Below, in pieces: positions 9,401-18,930 of a DNA stretch of 64,000 bases. Within the stretch, counting starts at the first letter, position 1, and every line of letters begins with the position of its first letter. The position numbers and the translations under genes are program-made. The DNA comes from Anaerolineae bacterium. GTDB lineage: Bacteria; Chloroflexota; Anaerolineae; B4-G1; SLSP01. The stretch is from the NCBI GenBank assembly GCA_034676805.1, contig JAXDDO010000010.1, positions 18,480 to 82,479 of the forward strand, in the 5' to 3' direction. The notes below the pieces were generated by a model that saw only the letters and a program-made list of their open reading frames with translations, made no database searches and was not told the DNA's origin.

Positions 9401-10087
9401 TCATGGGGCGTCACGTCCCCAGCTACGAGCATACACGATACGCTCATCCCATTCGGCTTTCCGGTCTCGAAGCCCTGGTGTGCTGCCGCTGCCGTAGGTG
9501 AGGGTGTCGAGGAAGTCGATGACGTCGGAGAGCCGGCCCTCGATCAGGTTGATCGCGACCGGGCGCGTCGGGGTACCGGTCTTGTAGTACCAGTGGAAGC
9601 CGTGGAGCAGTTCGTCAATCAGGAGCATCCGGGCGCGTGGCGTCGTGGCTTCCGGGAAGCGGTCGACGTAGGAGCCGAAGAGTGCCAACACAGGCTCTGC
9701 GCCGCTGAGCTGTTTGCGCTGGATCGTCTCGAAGTAGTCGCCCCAGCTAAGTGACCACCGGCAGCCGCAGACCATCACCTGGGTCTTGTCGTGACCCGCC
9801 CGATGGAGTATCGCGCCGCACGCCGGGCACACGACCTCGCCGCGAACGGCGGCGCAGGCGGTGATGAACGCTTTGCCGCGCGCCCATAGCCCGTAGCCGA
9901 CATCATCGATGAGGTCATCGTCGATGATGCCCTGTGCATCCAGCTCGTAAAGGCGTCGAATCTTGTGTTTGGGCACGCGCGGTGCCCAAGTGGGCAGCCG
10001 GTGGTCGCCGGTTGGGTTGCTCCCCTCTGCTGTGGGTGTGGGTTCGGTGGGCGGCACGTGTCCTCCGTCCGGTAAGTCGTTGTTCAT
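9401..10087 (-). CDS. Hypothetical protein with CxxC...CxC motif
   Basis: 228-aa ORF of ordinary composition with a GGAGAA RBS. Contains VVCPACGAILHRAGHDKTQVMVCGC. I recognise no family. Confidence 0.6.
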   Translation of the reverse strand: MNNDLPDGGHVPPTEPTPTAEGSNPTGDHRLPTWAPRVPKHKIRRLYELDAQGIIDDDLIDDVGYGLWARGKAFITACAAVRGEVVCPACGAILHRAGHDKTQVMVCGCRWSLSWGDYFETIQRKQLSGAEPVLALFGSYVDRFPEATTPRARMLLIDELLHGFHWYYKTGTPTRPVAINLIEGRLSDVIDFLDTLTYGSGSTPGLRDRKAEWDERIVYARSWGRDAP

Positions 10088-10250
10088 AGGGCTTTCTCCC
10101 TGGGCAATGGGAGTATAGAGCAGCGTCTCGATCTTGCACAGCAGGTGGCCCAGTCGGGCGGATTCCTGTGGCGCTTGACACGGCTCCCGGCTGCCCCATC
10201 ATGGGACACGAGCCGTGCGCTGTCCAACAAGATCAGGCGAGGAGCCGGGA

Positions 10251-11306
10251 ATGAACTCCAAAGAACGTGTTCGCACAGCGGTGTTGCGCCAGCAGCCCGA
10301 CAAGACGCCCTTTCTGGCCTTCCTCACCTCCGAGGTCCACGATAAGCTAAGCGCCCTCTATGGCGTGAGCGGTGACGAGCTCCACGCGCTCCTGGGACAC
10401 GACGTTCTGGTCTTGATTGCCGGAATGTGGCGCCGCGACTGGCGAGATCCCGAGCGGTTGGTGGACTCGTGGGGTATCCGTTGGCACAACGTCAACTACG
10501 GGCCTGGTGAGTACCTCGAGATCCTGGAGTACCCGCTCGCCCACGCTGACGACCTGGCTGCGGTCGACTTTCCCGATCCCGAGGATGAGTTTCGGCGCAT
10601 CGGCATCAACGGCCTGCTCGCGGAGTATGGCAAGACGCACTGGATCGTTGGTGGGCCGGTCGGCACGATGTTCGAGACGGCGTGGATGCTGCGCGGACTG
10701 GAGCAGTTCATGATCGACCTGGTGGAGGCACCGGCCTTCGCAGAGGCACTGATCGATGTGGGCATGCGCTATCATTTGGCGCTGGCGCGACTGTTTGTCG
10801 AGAGGGGCGTCGACATGATCTGGACGGGCGACGACTTCGGCGCGCAGCACAAGATGCTCCTCTCGCCTGCGATGTGGCGGCGCATCTTCAAGCCGCGCTA
10901 TGCTGCGTTTTATGCCGAACTCAAGCGACTTAACCCCGATATCCTGATTGCGCATCACAGCGATGGGAACATCGAGCCAATCATCCCCGACTTCATTGAG
11001 ATCGGGCTGGACGTGCTGCAGGCGGTCCAGCCGCAGTCGATGGACCCCGCCAAGTTGAAGCGTCAATATGGGGACCGGTTGGCCTTCTGGGGGACGATGG
11101 ATGTGCAGGGGACCTTTCCCCACGGCACGCCCGAGGATGTCGCAGCCGAGGCGCGGCAGCGGATCGAGGTGGTAGGGCGTGAGGGTGGCCTGATCCTTGC
11201 GCCGTCCCATGCCATTCAGCCCGACGTGCCCCTGCGCAATCTGCGTGCGTACTACGAGACGCTGCGGCCCGAAAATGCAGCGCTCTATGCCCGGATGGAG
11301 GACTGA
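10251..11306 (+). CDS. Uroporphyrinogen decarboxylase (URO-D)/MtaA-like family protein
   Basis: Family-like blocks: DKTPFL, TGDDFGAQ..MLLSP..WRR, HSDGNI..IIPD.IE.G.D.LQ..QP. GAGGAG RBS precedes ATG 10251. Confidence 0.75.
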   Translation: MNSKERVRTAVLRQQPDKTPFLAFLTSEVHDKLSALYGVSGDELHALLGHDVLVLIAGMWRRDWRDPERLVDSWGIRWHNVNYGPGEYLEILEYPLAHADDLAAVDFPDPEDEFRRIGINGLLAEYGKTHWIVGGPVGTMFETAWMLRGLEQFMIDLVEAPAFAEALIDVGMRYHLALARLFVERGVDMIWTGDDFGAQHKMLLSPAMWRRIFKPRYAAFYAELKRLNPDILIAHHSDGNIEPIIPDFIEIGLDVLQAVQPQSMDPAKLKRQYGDRLAFWGTMDVQGTFPHGTPEDVAAEARQRIEVVGREGGLILAPSHAIQPDVPLRNLRAYYETLRPENAALYARMED

Positions 11307-11428
11307 CGCCAGCGCTACGTGGGCGACCGCGTGCTGGGTCGACCTTGCCCGCGCCGCATCGCCCTGGTGTCGCCGACCAGTGCCCGGGAACCGGTGAGGG
11401 CATCTCGGATGATGCCGATGGAGGTCGT

Positions 11429-12478
11429 ATGAGCGAGGCTCCGGTCAGGGTAGCCATCATTGGGTGTGGCTGGGCGGGCGCCCGCCACGCGCGGGCCTTT
11501 GCGGAGGCCGGCGCGACGCTTCGTTGGGCCATTGACCTGGATGACGGACGGGCACAGGCGCTGCGCGCCGGGCTGCGGATGAGCCCGGATGAGCCGCGAA
11601 CAGCCGCTGACTATCGCCTGGCGTTGGCGGACCCTGACGTTGATGCCGTCGACGTCTGCCTGCCGCACAACCTGCATGCCCCTGTGACAATCGACGCGGC
11701 GCGAGCGGGGAAGCATATCCTGTGCGAGAAGCCCATCGCCGACACGCTTGCGGCGGCAGACGGCATGATCGCAGCAGCAGACGAGGCCGGCGTCGTGTTG
11801 ATGATCGCCGAGAACGAGCACTTCAACCCGCTCTATCGCAAGATCCGCGCGCTGCTGGACCGCGGTGTGATCGGCACGCCGGCGCTCGTCCAGCGAACGC
11901 GTGAGTGCTACCTGACCCGCTCGTTCGTCGAAGACCGGCCCTGGTTTCTCGATGCCCGGGCAGCCGCCGGCGGTATGATGATGGCGGGCGGGGTGCACGA
12001 CTATGAGACCACCCGGCTGTTGGTGGGCGAGGCAGAAAGCGTCTACGCGCTGCGCGCGCCGCAGCGGTTCCACGAGCTGGAGGGCGACGACACCAGCGTT
12101 GCGGTCGTGCGTTTTCAGAGCGGCGCGGTGGGGACCTTCGTGCTCAGCTTTGTGATGAAGAGCCTGACCACGGCCTCGGGCCCGGAGGTGCACACCTTGC
12201 GGATCGACGGGGAGCTGGGCAGCCTGGTGGTGACGGACGGCAAGACGATCCAGCTCTTCACCGAGGCCGAGACGCCTTTTCTGGGTGAACGGCTCGTTCA
12301 GCACGACATCGTCGTGCCGCCCCAGGACACCTTTCTGCTCGAGATCGAGCACTTCCTTGCCTGTGTGCGCACAGGGGAGGAGCCGCAGACCAGCGGGCGC
12401 CAGCAGCGCCGGCCGTTGGCCTTCGTGCTCGCGGCCTATGAGTCCATGGCGACGGGCCAGCCCGTGCGCCTGTGTTAG
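11429..12478 (+). CDS. Gfo/Idh/MocA family oxidoreductase
   Basis: N-terminal Rossmann motif VRVAIIGCGWAG and the EKP motif (ILCEKPIA). The track start is a TTG at 11345; trimmed to ATG 11429, which follows GGAGG. Confidence 0.85.
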   Translation: MSEAPVRVAIIGCGWAGARHARAFAEAGATLRWAIDLDDGRAQALRAGLRMSPDEPRTAADYRLALADPDVDAVDVCLPHNLHAPVTIDAARAGKHILCEKPIADTLAAADGMIAAADEAGVVLMIAENEHFNPLYRKIRALLDRGVIGTPALVQRTRECYLTRSFVEDRPWFLDARAAAGGMMMAGGVHDYETTRLLVGEAESVYALRAPQRFHELEGDDTSVAVVRFQSGAVGTFVLSFVMKSLTTASGPEVHTLRIDGELGSLVVTDGKTIQLFTEAETPFLGERLVQHDIVVPPQDTFLLEIEHFLACVRTGEEPQTSGRQQRRPLAFVLAAYESMATGQPVRLC

Positions 12479-12511
12479 CCTATCGCACGATTCAATAGAC
12501 TAGGAGGCAAC

Positions 12512-13492
12512 ATGATCAAGATCGCGGAAGTCTTTCATCCCAGGGACAGAGCCCTGTGGACCGTGGTAAAGCAGTGTGGCGTCGACTATGTCGTCGGCGG
12601 CTTTGGGCTCCACCCCATCGAGGGCGCTCCCGAGGAGCAGCAGCCATGGAGCTACATGTCTCTGATGCGTATGAAGACCGCCTATCGCGACGCCGGGTTC
12701 GATCTGGCCGTCATCGAGAGCCGCCCCCCTATGCACAAGACCAAGCTGGGCCTGCCGGGCCGCGATGAGGAGATCGAGGTCATCAAGGAGCTGATCCGTA
12801 ACATGGGACGGCTGGGGATTCGCGTCTGGTGCTACGAGTTCATGCCCTACGTCCATGTTGTCCGCACGTCGACGACGATCCCCGTCAGGGGGGGCGCGCT
12901 GGCCACGGGCTACGACCACGACCTGATGAAGAACGCGCCGTTGACCGAGCACGGCGAGGTCTCTGACGACCAGATCTGGGACAATCTCAAGTACTTCCTG
13001 GAGCAGGTGGTACCGGTCGCCGAGGAGTACAACGTTCAATTGGCTGCGCATCCAGACGACCCGCCTCTCTCGCCGATTCGGGGGTTCTCCCGTGTTCTAC
13101 GCAGCATCGAGAACTATCAAAAGCTGCTCGACCTGGTGCCGAGCCCCGTCAACGGCATCGCGCTGTGTCAGGGCAACTTCACGCTGATGACCGACGACTT
13201 GCCCGGTGCGATCCGGCATTTCGGCGCGCAGAAGAAGATCTTCTTTGTCCACTTCCGCGACGTACGCGGCACGCCGGAGAAGTTCGTGGAGACCTTCCAC
13301 GATGAGGGCAAGACCGACATGCTCGCCTGCATGAGGGCCTACAAGGAGGTGGGGTTTGAGGGCGTCTGTCGCCCCGATCATTACCCGATCATGGAAGGCG
13401 ACGACGAAAGCAAGACCGGGTATGCCAGGATCTCGCGCCTGTTCGCGATTGGGTATATCAAGGGCTTGCGCGAGGCAGTCTACGCGGAGTAA
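12512..13492 (+). CDS. Mannonate dehydratase (UxuA)-like TIM-barrel enzyme
   Basis: Blocks AAHPDDPP, FVHFRDV.G....F.E.FHDEG..DM and RPDH are typical of the UxuA family as I recall it. AGGAGG RBS precedes ATG 12512. Confidence 0.75.
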   Translation: MIKIAEVFHPRDRALWTVVKQCGVDYVVGGFGLHPIEGAPEEQQPWSYMSLMRMKTAYRDAGFDLAVIESRPPMHKTKLGLPGRDEEIEVIKELIRNMGRLGIRVWCYEFMPYVHVVRTSTTIPVRGGALATGYDHDLMKNAPLTEHGEVSDDQIWDNLKYFLEQVVPVAEEYNVQLAAHPDDPPLSPIRGFSRVLRSIENYQKLLDLVPSPVNGIALCQGNFTLMTDDLPGAIRHFGAQKKIFFVHFRDVRGTPEKFVETFHDEGKTDMLACMRAYKEVGFEGVCRPDHYPIMEGDDESKTGYARISRLFAIGYIKGLREAVYAE

Positions 13493-13588
13493 GACGTCCT
13501 GTTCGTGTAGCGGAACGGTGCGTAGCGACAGGCACAGGTAGGGTGCCCAGTTCCAAAAGATGGGGCACCCACAAGGAGGTGGCGTAGG

Positions 13589-14515
13589 ATGAGACCGTTG
13601 AGCAAAGTGGCTCCGGATTGGTGGGACTACACAACCCTTGATCGTGATATCCTGGACGATGCGGCCCGGCTGACGCCGGAGGATATGCTTGCGCTGACCC
13701 GTCCCGGCTTTCAGGTGGTTTTCTATGATACGTTGGAGGACTTCTACCTGGCGGAGGCCTTGGAGTACATCACGGCCTGGCAACAGGCGACCGAGACATC
13801 GCCTGCGGGGATCTGCGGCCCGATTGGGCCGACCGAGCAGCTCCCTCTGGTGGCGCGGCTGGTGAATGAGCTGGATATCGATCTGCGCTATGCGCACTTC
13901 TGGGGGATGGATGAGTGGGTCGTTGATGGCAAGGAGGTCTCCGTCGATCATCCGTTGAGTTTCAAGCGCGCGGACATGGCGCTCTGCTTCAACCGCATTC
14001 GCCCGGAGCTGCGGATGCCCGAGGCGAACCTGCACTTTCCGGCGGTGGACTTGAGCGAGTACAAGGCCAGTTGGGATCGGGCACGCTGTGTGGTCATGCA
14101 GGGCGGGCAGGGCGAGGTGAAACATTGGGCGTTCAACGATCCCCCGCGCCGGGAGGAGCCCTACAAGGAGACGCCGCCCAGCCCCGAGGCATACCGGCAA
14201 CTCGAGACACGGATCGTCGATCTGCATCCGATCACGCTGATCCAGAATGCCCGCACGTCGGGCGGCGGCGTGGTGCAGAACGTGCCGTCGCAGGCGCTGA
14301 CGGTCGGGCCTGTGGAGACCTGGAAGGTGGAGAAGGTCTCGATCTGGCAGGCCGGTACCCACGACAACCCGTTCGGGATGCGGCTGACCACGCTTATGAT
14401 CGGCAAGCGACTGCCCGATAGCGCTGTGCCGATGTCGCTGCTCGCCGACCACCCGAACGTGCAGTTCAACTTCTACCGGGGTGGGATCGGCACGTGCCAA
14501 GCCGAAATGCACTAG
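13589..14515 (+). CDS. Glucosamine-6-phosphate deaminase/6-phosphogluconolactonase-family protein
   Basis: 308 aa with NagB-superfamily-like blocks ([20 protein letters not shown]). AGGAGG RBS is present. Confidence 0.7.
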   Translation: MRPLSKVAPDWWDYTTLDRDILDDAARLTPEDMLALTRPGFQVVFYDTLEDFYLAEALEYITAWQQATETSPAGICGPIGPTEQLPLVARLVNELDIDLRYAHFWGMDEWVVDGKEVSVDHPLSFKRADMALCFNRIRPELRMPEANLHFPAVDLSEYKASWDRARCVVMQGGQGEVKHWAFNDPPRREEPYKETPPSPEAYRQLETRIVDLHPITLIQNARTSGGGVVQNVPSQALTVGPVETWKVEKVSIWQAGTHDNPFGMRLTTLMIGKRLPDSAVPMSLLADHPNVQFNFYRGGIGTCQAEMH

Positions 14516-14549
14516 CTATGGGACGGTACGCCAACAGGACGCGAACACG

Positions 14550-15341
14550 ATGACGAAATGCGCACTTGCGGTAGGAGCACATCCCGACGATGTCGAGTTC
14601 CTGATGTCGGGCACGTTGATGTTGTTGGGACAGGCCGGCTATGAACTGCACATTATGACCGTCGCCAACGGCTCGGCTGGTTCCATGGAGCATGGGCCTG
14701 AGGCGATTGCGCGCATCCGGCGAGAAGAGGCACGCGCAGCAGCCGCGTCGATCGGGGCGACGTACCACCCGGGCCTGGTCGACGATCTGGCGATCTTCTA
14801 CGAGCCGGTGCTGGTGGCACGCGTCGCCGCGGTGATGCGCGAGGTCGCGCCGGAGATCTTGCTGGTGCATTCGCCCGTTGACTATATGGAAGACCATCAG
14901 AACGCCGGGCGACTGGCGGTGACGGGGGTCTTTGTTCGCAGCATCCCGAACTTCACCACCGAGCCGCCGCGCCCGCCGACAAGGCAGGATGTCACTGTCT
15001 ACCACGCTCAGCCGCACGGCAACCGCGACCCGTTGCGACGTCTGGTCGTCCCCGAGCTCTTCGTCGACATCACGGCGGTGATGGATCGCAAGCGAGCGAT
15101 GTTGGCGCACCACGCGAGCCAAAAGGCCTGGCTCGACGCGACCCAGGGGATGGACTCCTATCTGGACACGATGACCGAACTCAACTGCGAGGTCGGGGGG
15201 CTCTCAGGCCGGTTCACGTACGCCGAGGGGTGGCGCCGCCATTTGCACATCGGGTTCTGCGCCGAGGACGCCGATCCGCTCTCAGAAGCACTGGGCGGCC
15301 TTGCCCTGAAGCCGGACGTCGCGCCTGCCGAAAAGCGCTAA
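14550..15341 (+). CDS. PIG-L/LmbE family deacetylase
   Basis: Diagnostic motif AVGAHPDDVEF plus downstream HxDH-like (PVDYMEDHQN). Start trimmed to ATG 14550. Confidence 0.8.
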   Translation: MTKCALAVGAHPDDVEFLMSGTLMLLGQAGYELHIMTVANGSAGSMEHGPEAIARIRREEARAAAASIGATYHPGLVDDLAIFYEPVLVARVAAVMREVAPEILLVHSPVDYMEDHQNAGRLAVTGVFVRSIPNFTTEPPRPPTRQDVTVYHAQPHGNRDPLRRLVVPELFVDITAVMDRKRAMLAHHASQKAWLDATQGMDSYLDTMTELNCEVGGLSGRFTYAEGWRRHLHIGFCAEDADPLSEALGGLALKPDVAPAEKR

Positions 15342-15391
15342 CCTCCAGGTCGTGCGCTAGCGCTGGCGTCGCGGACCCCGGTGACCGGTCG

Positions 15392-16186
15392 TTACTCCTG
15401 CTCGGAGGGTATCTGGCTGACAAGATCGACGAGTAGCCCGGGTGGTACAGGAAGCTGGTCATCCTCAGGGAACGACGCGGCCATCTGCAGAACCTGCTCC
15501 CTGGGAATTCGGTCTGAGGGCCAGGCAAGGCTATAGTGGAGCCCGTTCTGTCGCCAATTCAGCGTAAGGACGGGTTCATCATAGGCGGCTCCCGCGTGGT
15601 GTTCGAAGATCACTGCCGTGTGACCGTCGACCGTGGTTTCCTCTAGTGTGCCGGGGATGGCCATAAGCGGTCCTTCATGGGTCCATACGCTGAAGCCGAT
15701 GTAGGGAATCCCGGTGTCAGGCCAGGTCGACGTTGCCCAGATGATTCCAGCGGTCACGTTTTCGCCAGTCCAGGAGATGTGGACCTGCCCATCGTAGGGT
15801 TGGAAGCCTTCCGGTATCCAGGTGGGCAGAAAGGCATCGATGGCGGGATAGGCTGCGCGAAGCTCGGCGAGGTCGAGCGATGCGCTAGACATCTCCTGTC
15901 CCTGCCCCTCCTGAGCTCTGAGGCTGGCGTCGATCTCCACGCATTCATCCCAGGCACACTCGATGAAACCCATACCGCCGACTTCCCGGATGAAGTGCAG
16001 GACGGCCGCCCTGGTCTGAGGCAAGGCGATCAGCGTGCTCAGTGTCAGTACCACGACTGCCAGTGCCGCGCCAATGCTGCGGCCCAGGGCTTGCCGGCGC
16101 ATCTGCTTGCGCAATCGGCTTGCCAAGGCTTTAGCAAACTCGGGACGCGGTGTGGGTTGATAGCGCATCAGGAAGTCATCGTTCAT
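15392..16186 (-). CDS. Membrane-spanning anti-sigma factor (putative)
   Basis: Immediately downstream of the ECF sigma gene and overlapping it by 11 nt. Has a short cytoplasmic N-terminus, one TM helix (IGAALAVVVLTLSTLIAL) and an extracytoplasmic domain. Confidence 0.65.
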   Translation of the reverse strand: MNDDFLMRYQPTPRPEFAKALASRLRKQMRRQALGRSIGAALAVVVLTLSTLIALPQTRAAVLHFIREVGGMGFIECAWDECVEIDASLRAQEGQGQEMSSASLDLAELRAAYPAIDAFLPTWIPEGFQPYDGQVHISWTGENVTAGIIWATSTWPDTGIPYIGFSVWTHEGPLMAIPGTLEETTVDGHTAVIFEHHAGAAYDEPVLTLNWRQNGLHYSLAWPSDRIPREQVLQMAASFPEDDQLPVPPGLLVDLVSQIPSEQE

Positions 16187-16721
16187 CAGTATCCTCCCAT
16201 ACCTCACGGAGATGCTTCACAGTCCGGTGCAGGATCACGCCGACGTTGGTGGGTGTGAGATCGGTCAGGTCGGCGATCTCCCGCTGGGTAAGCCCGCCCC
16301 CATATCTGAGCGCCAAGAGCTCCCGCTCGCGCTCGCCAAGCGTTCTCAGAAGCGCAGCGAGATGCTGGAAGTCGTCCTTCGCCGCGATCTGCGCCTCGGC
16401 CGACAGAGTTGCTTCGTCGGACAGTTGGGCCGTATCTGTAGGAGCGGTCTCCTTGGCGGTACGGAAGAAGTCGATACCGACGTTGCGGGCGATTGTGAAG
16501 ACCCAGGTCGAGAAGCCGCCCAGGTTGTGGCGATAGCGCCTTCGCCGGCCCCACGCTTTCTCGAAAGTGGTCGCCGTGAGATCTTCCGCCAACTGGCCCT
16601 CGCCGACCTTGTAGCAGAAATACCGGTACACCTTTGGAAGGAGCTCGCGGTAGGCAGCGTCCCAGTCCAGCGGTTCCGTGCGGCTGACCGTGCGGCTGGC
16701 GGCATCGAGTTTGGCGTCCAT
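16176..16721 (-). CDS. ECF-type RNA polymerase sigma-70 family factor
   Basis: Region 2 (LPKVYRYFCYKVGEGQLAEDLTATTFEKAW) and region 4 HTH (LTQREIADLTDLTPTNVGVILHR). Confidence 0.85.
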   Translation of the reverse strand: MDAKLDAASRTVSRTEPLDWDAAYRELLPKVYRYFCYKVGEGQLAEDLTATTFEKAWGRRRRYRHNLGGFSTWVFTIARNVGIDFFRTAKETAPTDTAQLSDEATLSAEAQIAAKDDFQHLAALLRTLGERERELLALRYGGGLTQREIADLTDLTPTNVGVILHRTVKHLREVWEDTDER

Positions 16722-16739
16722 TTCACCCTATTATACGAA

Positions 16740-16773
16740 GGGGGACGGGCTCTATTACAAGCGACCGTCCCCC
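16740..16773 (-). terminator. GC-rich hairpin downstream of the fucosidase gene
   Basis: GGGGGACGG (16740-16748) pairs with CCGTCCCCC (16765-16773). On the minus strand it follows the stop at 16801 and precedes the sigma-gene -10. There is no clear U-tract. Confidence 0.45.
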
Positions 16774-16800
16774 CTTCCGGCGAGAAGGTTGTGGGATTGT

Positions 16801-18252
16801 CTATGACCCGGCGAAGGTCACGCAGAAGCACTGCACGTAGTCGCAGGGCTTGACCTCGGGCAGGGTGATGGCGAGGCCGCGGCCTGTCTGCTCGAACGAG
16901 ATCGGCCCCTCGTGGCCCAATAGAGCGACCTGGGCGATCTTGGGCACGTTCTCGGTGGCCAAGCTGCGAATGACGGTCGTGCCGCCTTCGGCCCACCTCA
17001 TCGTGAAGGCGTAGACCTTGCCTGCTTTGGTCGTGAAGCGGAAGTCCTCTACGGTCCAGTCGACCGCGTCCTCGCGGAAGCCCTCGATGACTACGCGTGA
17101 GGGTCCCTCGCCAGAGATCTTCCACGGGCGGGTGCCGTAGATGCCGTCGCCGTTCACCTTGATCCAGCGCGCCATCTGCCGGACGATGTAGGCACACTCA
17201 TCGTCGAGGGTGCCGTCCGGGCGCTGAGGGATGTTGAGGAGGAGATTGCCGTTCTTGCTCACGATGTCTACCAGCGTCTCCGTTACGTGCTTCGGCGTCT
17301 TGTACACGTCGCGCACGTTGTAGAACCAGTCGCCCACGCTCGTGTCGGTCTGCCAGACGTAGGGGCGGATATCCGGCTGGTTGCTGCGCTCCAGATCGAG
17401 CACGCTCACGGCAAAGACGTCGGGATCGCGGTCTTTTTGGGTGTAGACGGCTTGGTTGGTACCGCCGTGACGGCTGGCGCTGGTGTTGTAGAGGTGGGCG
17501 ATGACCGCCAAACCGTAGTCGCCAAAGGGAACGCCGCCGTCGGTGTAGAGCAAATCAGGTTCGTAAAGATCGATGGTCTCCTTGACGTAAGTGTACCATC
17601 GCTCGTGCCACCAGGTGTTGTCGGTATACCAGCCACCACCGTCGTTCAGATCCTGGCTCATTTGGTTCGGCAGATAGAGATCTTCATAGTCGGGGTCTGC
17701 GCCGTCATAGAGAGCACCGGCATAGGGGCCTGCCCGGTCGGCGTTCTTGTTCGGGCGGCTCCAGGTGAAGCTAGCTCCTATATGCTCCGAAAGGCCGAAG
17801 CGCAAGCCACGGCGTAAGGCCGCATCTCGCCAGAGCCCGACGATGTCTTTCCGCGGGCCAACCTCGACGGCATTCCACCGGTGATGGCTGGAGGCCCAGT
17901 TGTGGAAGTTGTCGTGGTGCGCGGCTTGGGCGACAAAGTACCGCGCCCCGGCGTCGACGAAAAGGTCCATCAGCGCCTCGGGATCGAAAGCCTCGGCTTT
18001 CCATAGCTTCACGACATCCTTGTACCCAAACTTCGACGGATGGCCGTACGTGCGCCAATGGTAGCGGTACTGGTCCGATCCCTCCACATACATGTGACGG
18101 GCGTACCAATCCCCGTACATCGGAACCGCCTGCGGTCCCCAATGCGACCAGATGCCGAGCTTCGCATCCCGAAACCACTTGGGGCACTCGAACTGTCTCA
18201 GCGACTCCCAGTTGGGCTGGAAAGGTCCAGCGATGATGTCTCTCCGTGGCAT
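16801..18252 (-). CDS. Alpha-L-fucosidase (GH29)
   Basis: GH29 N-terminal signature PNWESL....PKWF.DAKLGIWSHWGPQ..P..GDWY...MY and HHDNFHNW. AGGAGGG RBS precedes ATG 18252, so the track start 18351 was trimmed. Confidence 0.85.
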   Translation of the reverse strand: MPRRDIIAGPFQPNWESLRQFECPKWFRDAKLGIWSHWGPQAVPMYGDWYARHMYVEGSDQYRYHWRTYGHPSKFGYKDVVKLWKAEAFDPEALMDLFVDAGARYFVAQAAHHDNFHNWASSHHRWNAVEVGPRKDIVGLWRDAALRRGLRFGLSEHIGASFTWSRPNKNADRAGPYAGALYDGADPDYEDLYLPNQMSQDLNDGGGWYTDNTWWHERWYTYVKETIDLYEPDLLYTDGGVPFGDYGLAVIAHLYNTSASRHGGTNQAVYTQKDRDPDVFAVSVLDLERSNQPDIRPYVWQTDTSVGDWFYNVRDVYKTPKHVTETLVDIVSKNGNLLLNIPQRPDGTLDDECAYIVRQMARWIKVNGDGIYGTRPWKISGEGPSRVVIEGFREDAVDWTVEDFRFTTKAGKVYAFTMRWAEGGTTVIRSLATENVPKIAQVALLGHEGPISFEQTGRGLAITLPEVKPCDYVQCFCVTFAGS

Positions 18253-18381
18253 ACGTCTATCCCTCCTCTGCGCTGCGTGGTCTGATCCTATCCTAGTCGA
18301 TTTGTGACAGGCGCAAGGTACAATGGGCACCAGCCGGATGGGGTGGCACACTTCTACCGGCGTGCGACAGGGAGGAGAGAT

Positions 18382-18891
18382 ATGGACATCGGGACCTTGC
18401 AGCAGATGCTAGCGGACCAGGTGGAGCAGCTGACCGCGCTAGTGGCGGGCGTCTCGCAGGAGCAGGCCCACTGGAAACCGGCGCCGGACCGCTGGTCGAT
18501 CCTGGAAGTCGTGAATCACCTATATGACGAGGAGCGGCAGGATTTCCGTGTATATCTTGACATCATCCTGAACCGTCCAGGGGATCCCTGGCCCTCGATT
18601 GACCCTATGGGATGGATCACTGAGCGCCACTACAACGAGCGTGAATTACAGACATCCTTCGAGGCCCTGCTCGCCGAGCGCGGCGCCTCGCTGGCTTGGC
18701 TCAACACCCTGGGCTCGCCGGACCTGGATGTGGAGGTCAGTAATGAGTATGGAACGTGGCGCGCAGGTGACATGGCGGCCTCTTGGGTCGTCCATGGTCA
18801 ATGGCATATGGAACAACTAATCCGCCTGCTGCGCGATTACACGATCCGGCAACTTCAACCCTACCGTGTGGCGTACGCGGGGCGGCTCTAG
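18382..18891 (+). CDS. DinB/YfiT-like metal-dependent family protein
   Basis: DinB_2-like N-terminus (W.P.PDRWSI.EV.NHL.DEE). GGGAGGAG RBS precedes ATG 18382. Confidence 0.75.
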   Translation: MDIGTLQQMLADQVEQLTALVAGVSQEQAHWKPAPDRWSILEVVNHLYDEERQDFRVYLDIILNRPGDPWPSIDPMGWITERHYNERELQTSFEALLAERGASLAWLNTLGSPDLDVEVSNEYGTWRAGDMAASWVVHGQWHMEQLIRLLRDYTIRQLQPYRVAYAGRL

Positions 18892-18930
18892 CTAGCTCAA
18901 GACGGCGCGCTGCCAGGCCCTCGTGTTGCC

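Noticed and set aside
13097-14512. 471-aa minus-strand ORF
   Set aside because: It is antisense to the UxuA-like and NagB-like genes, which have family motifs and AGGAGG RBSs. The translation is Arg/His/Pro/Gly/Leu-rich with no motif. This is a typical high-GC shadow ORF.
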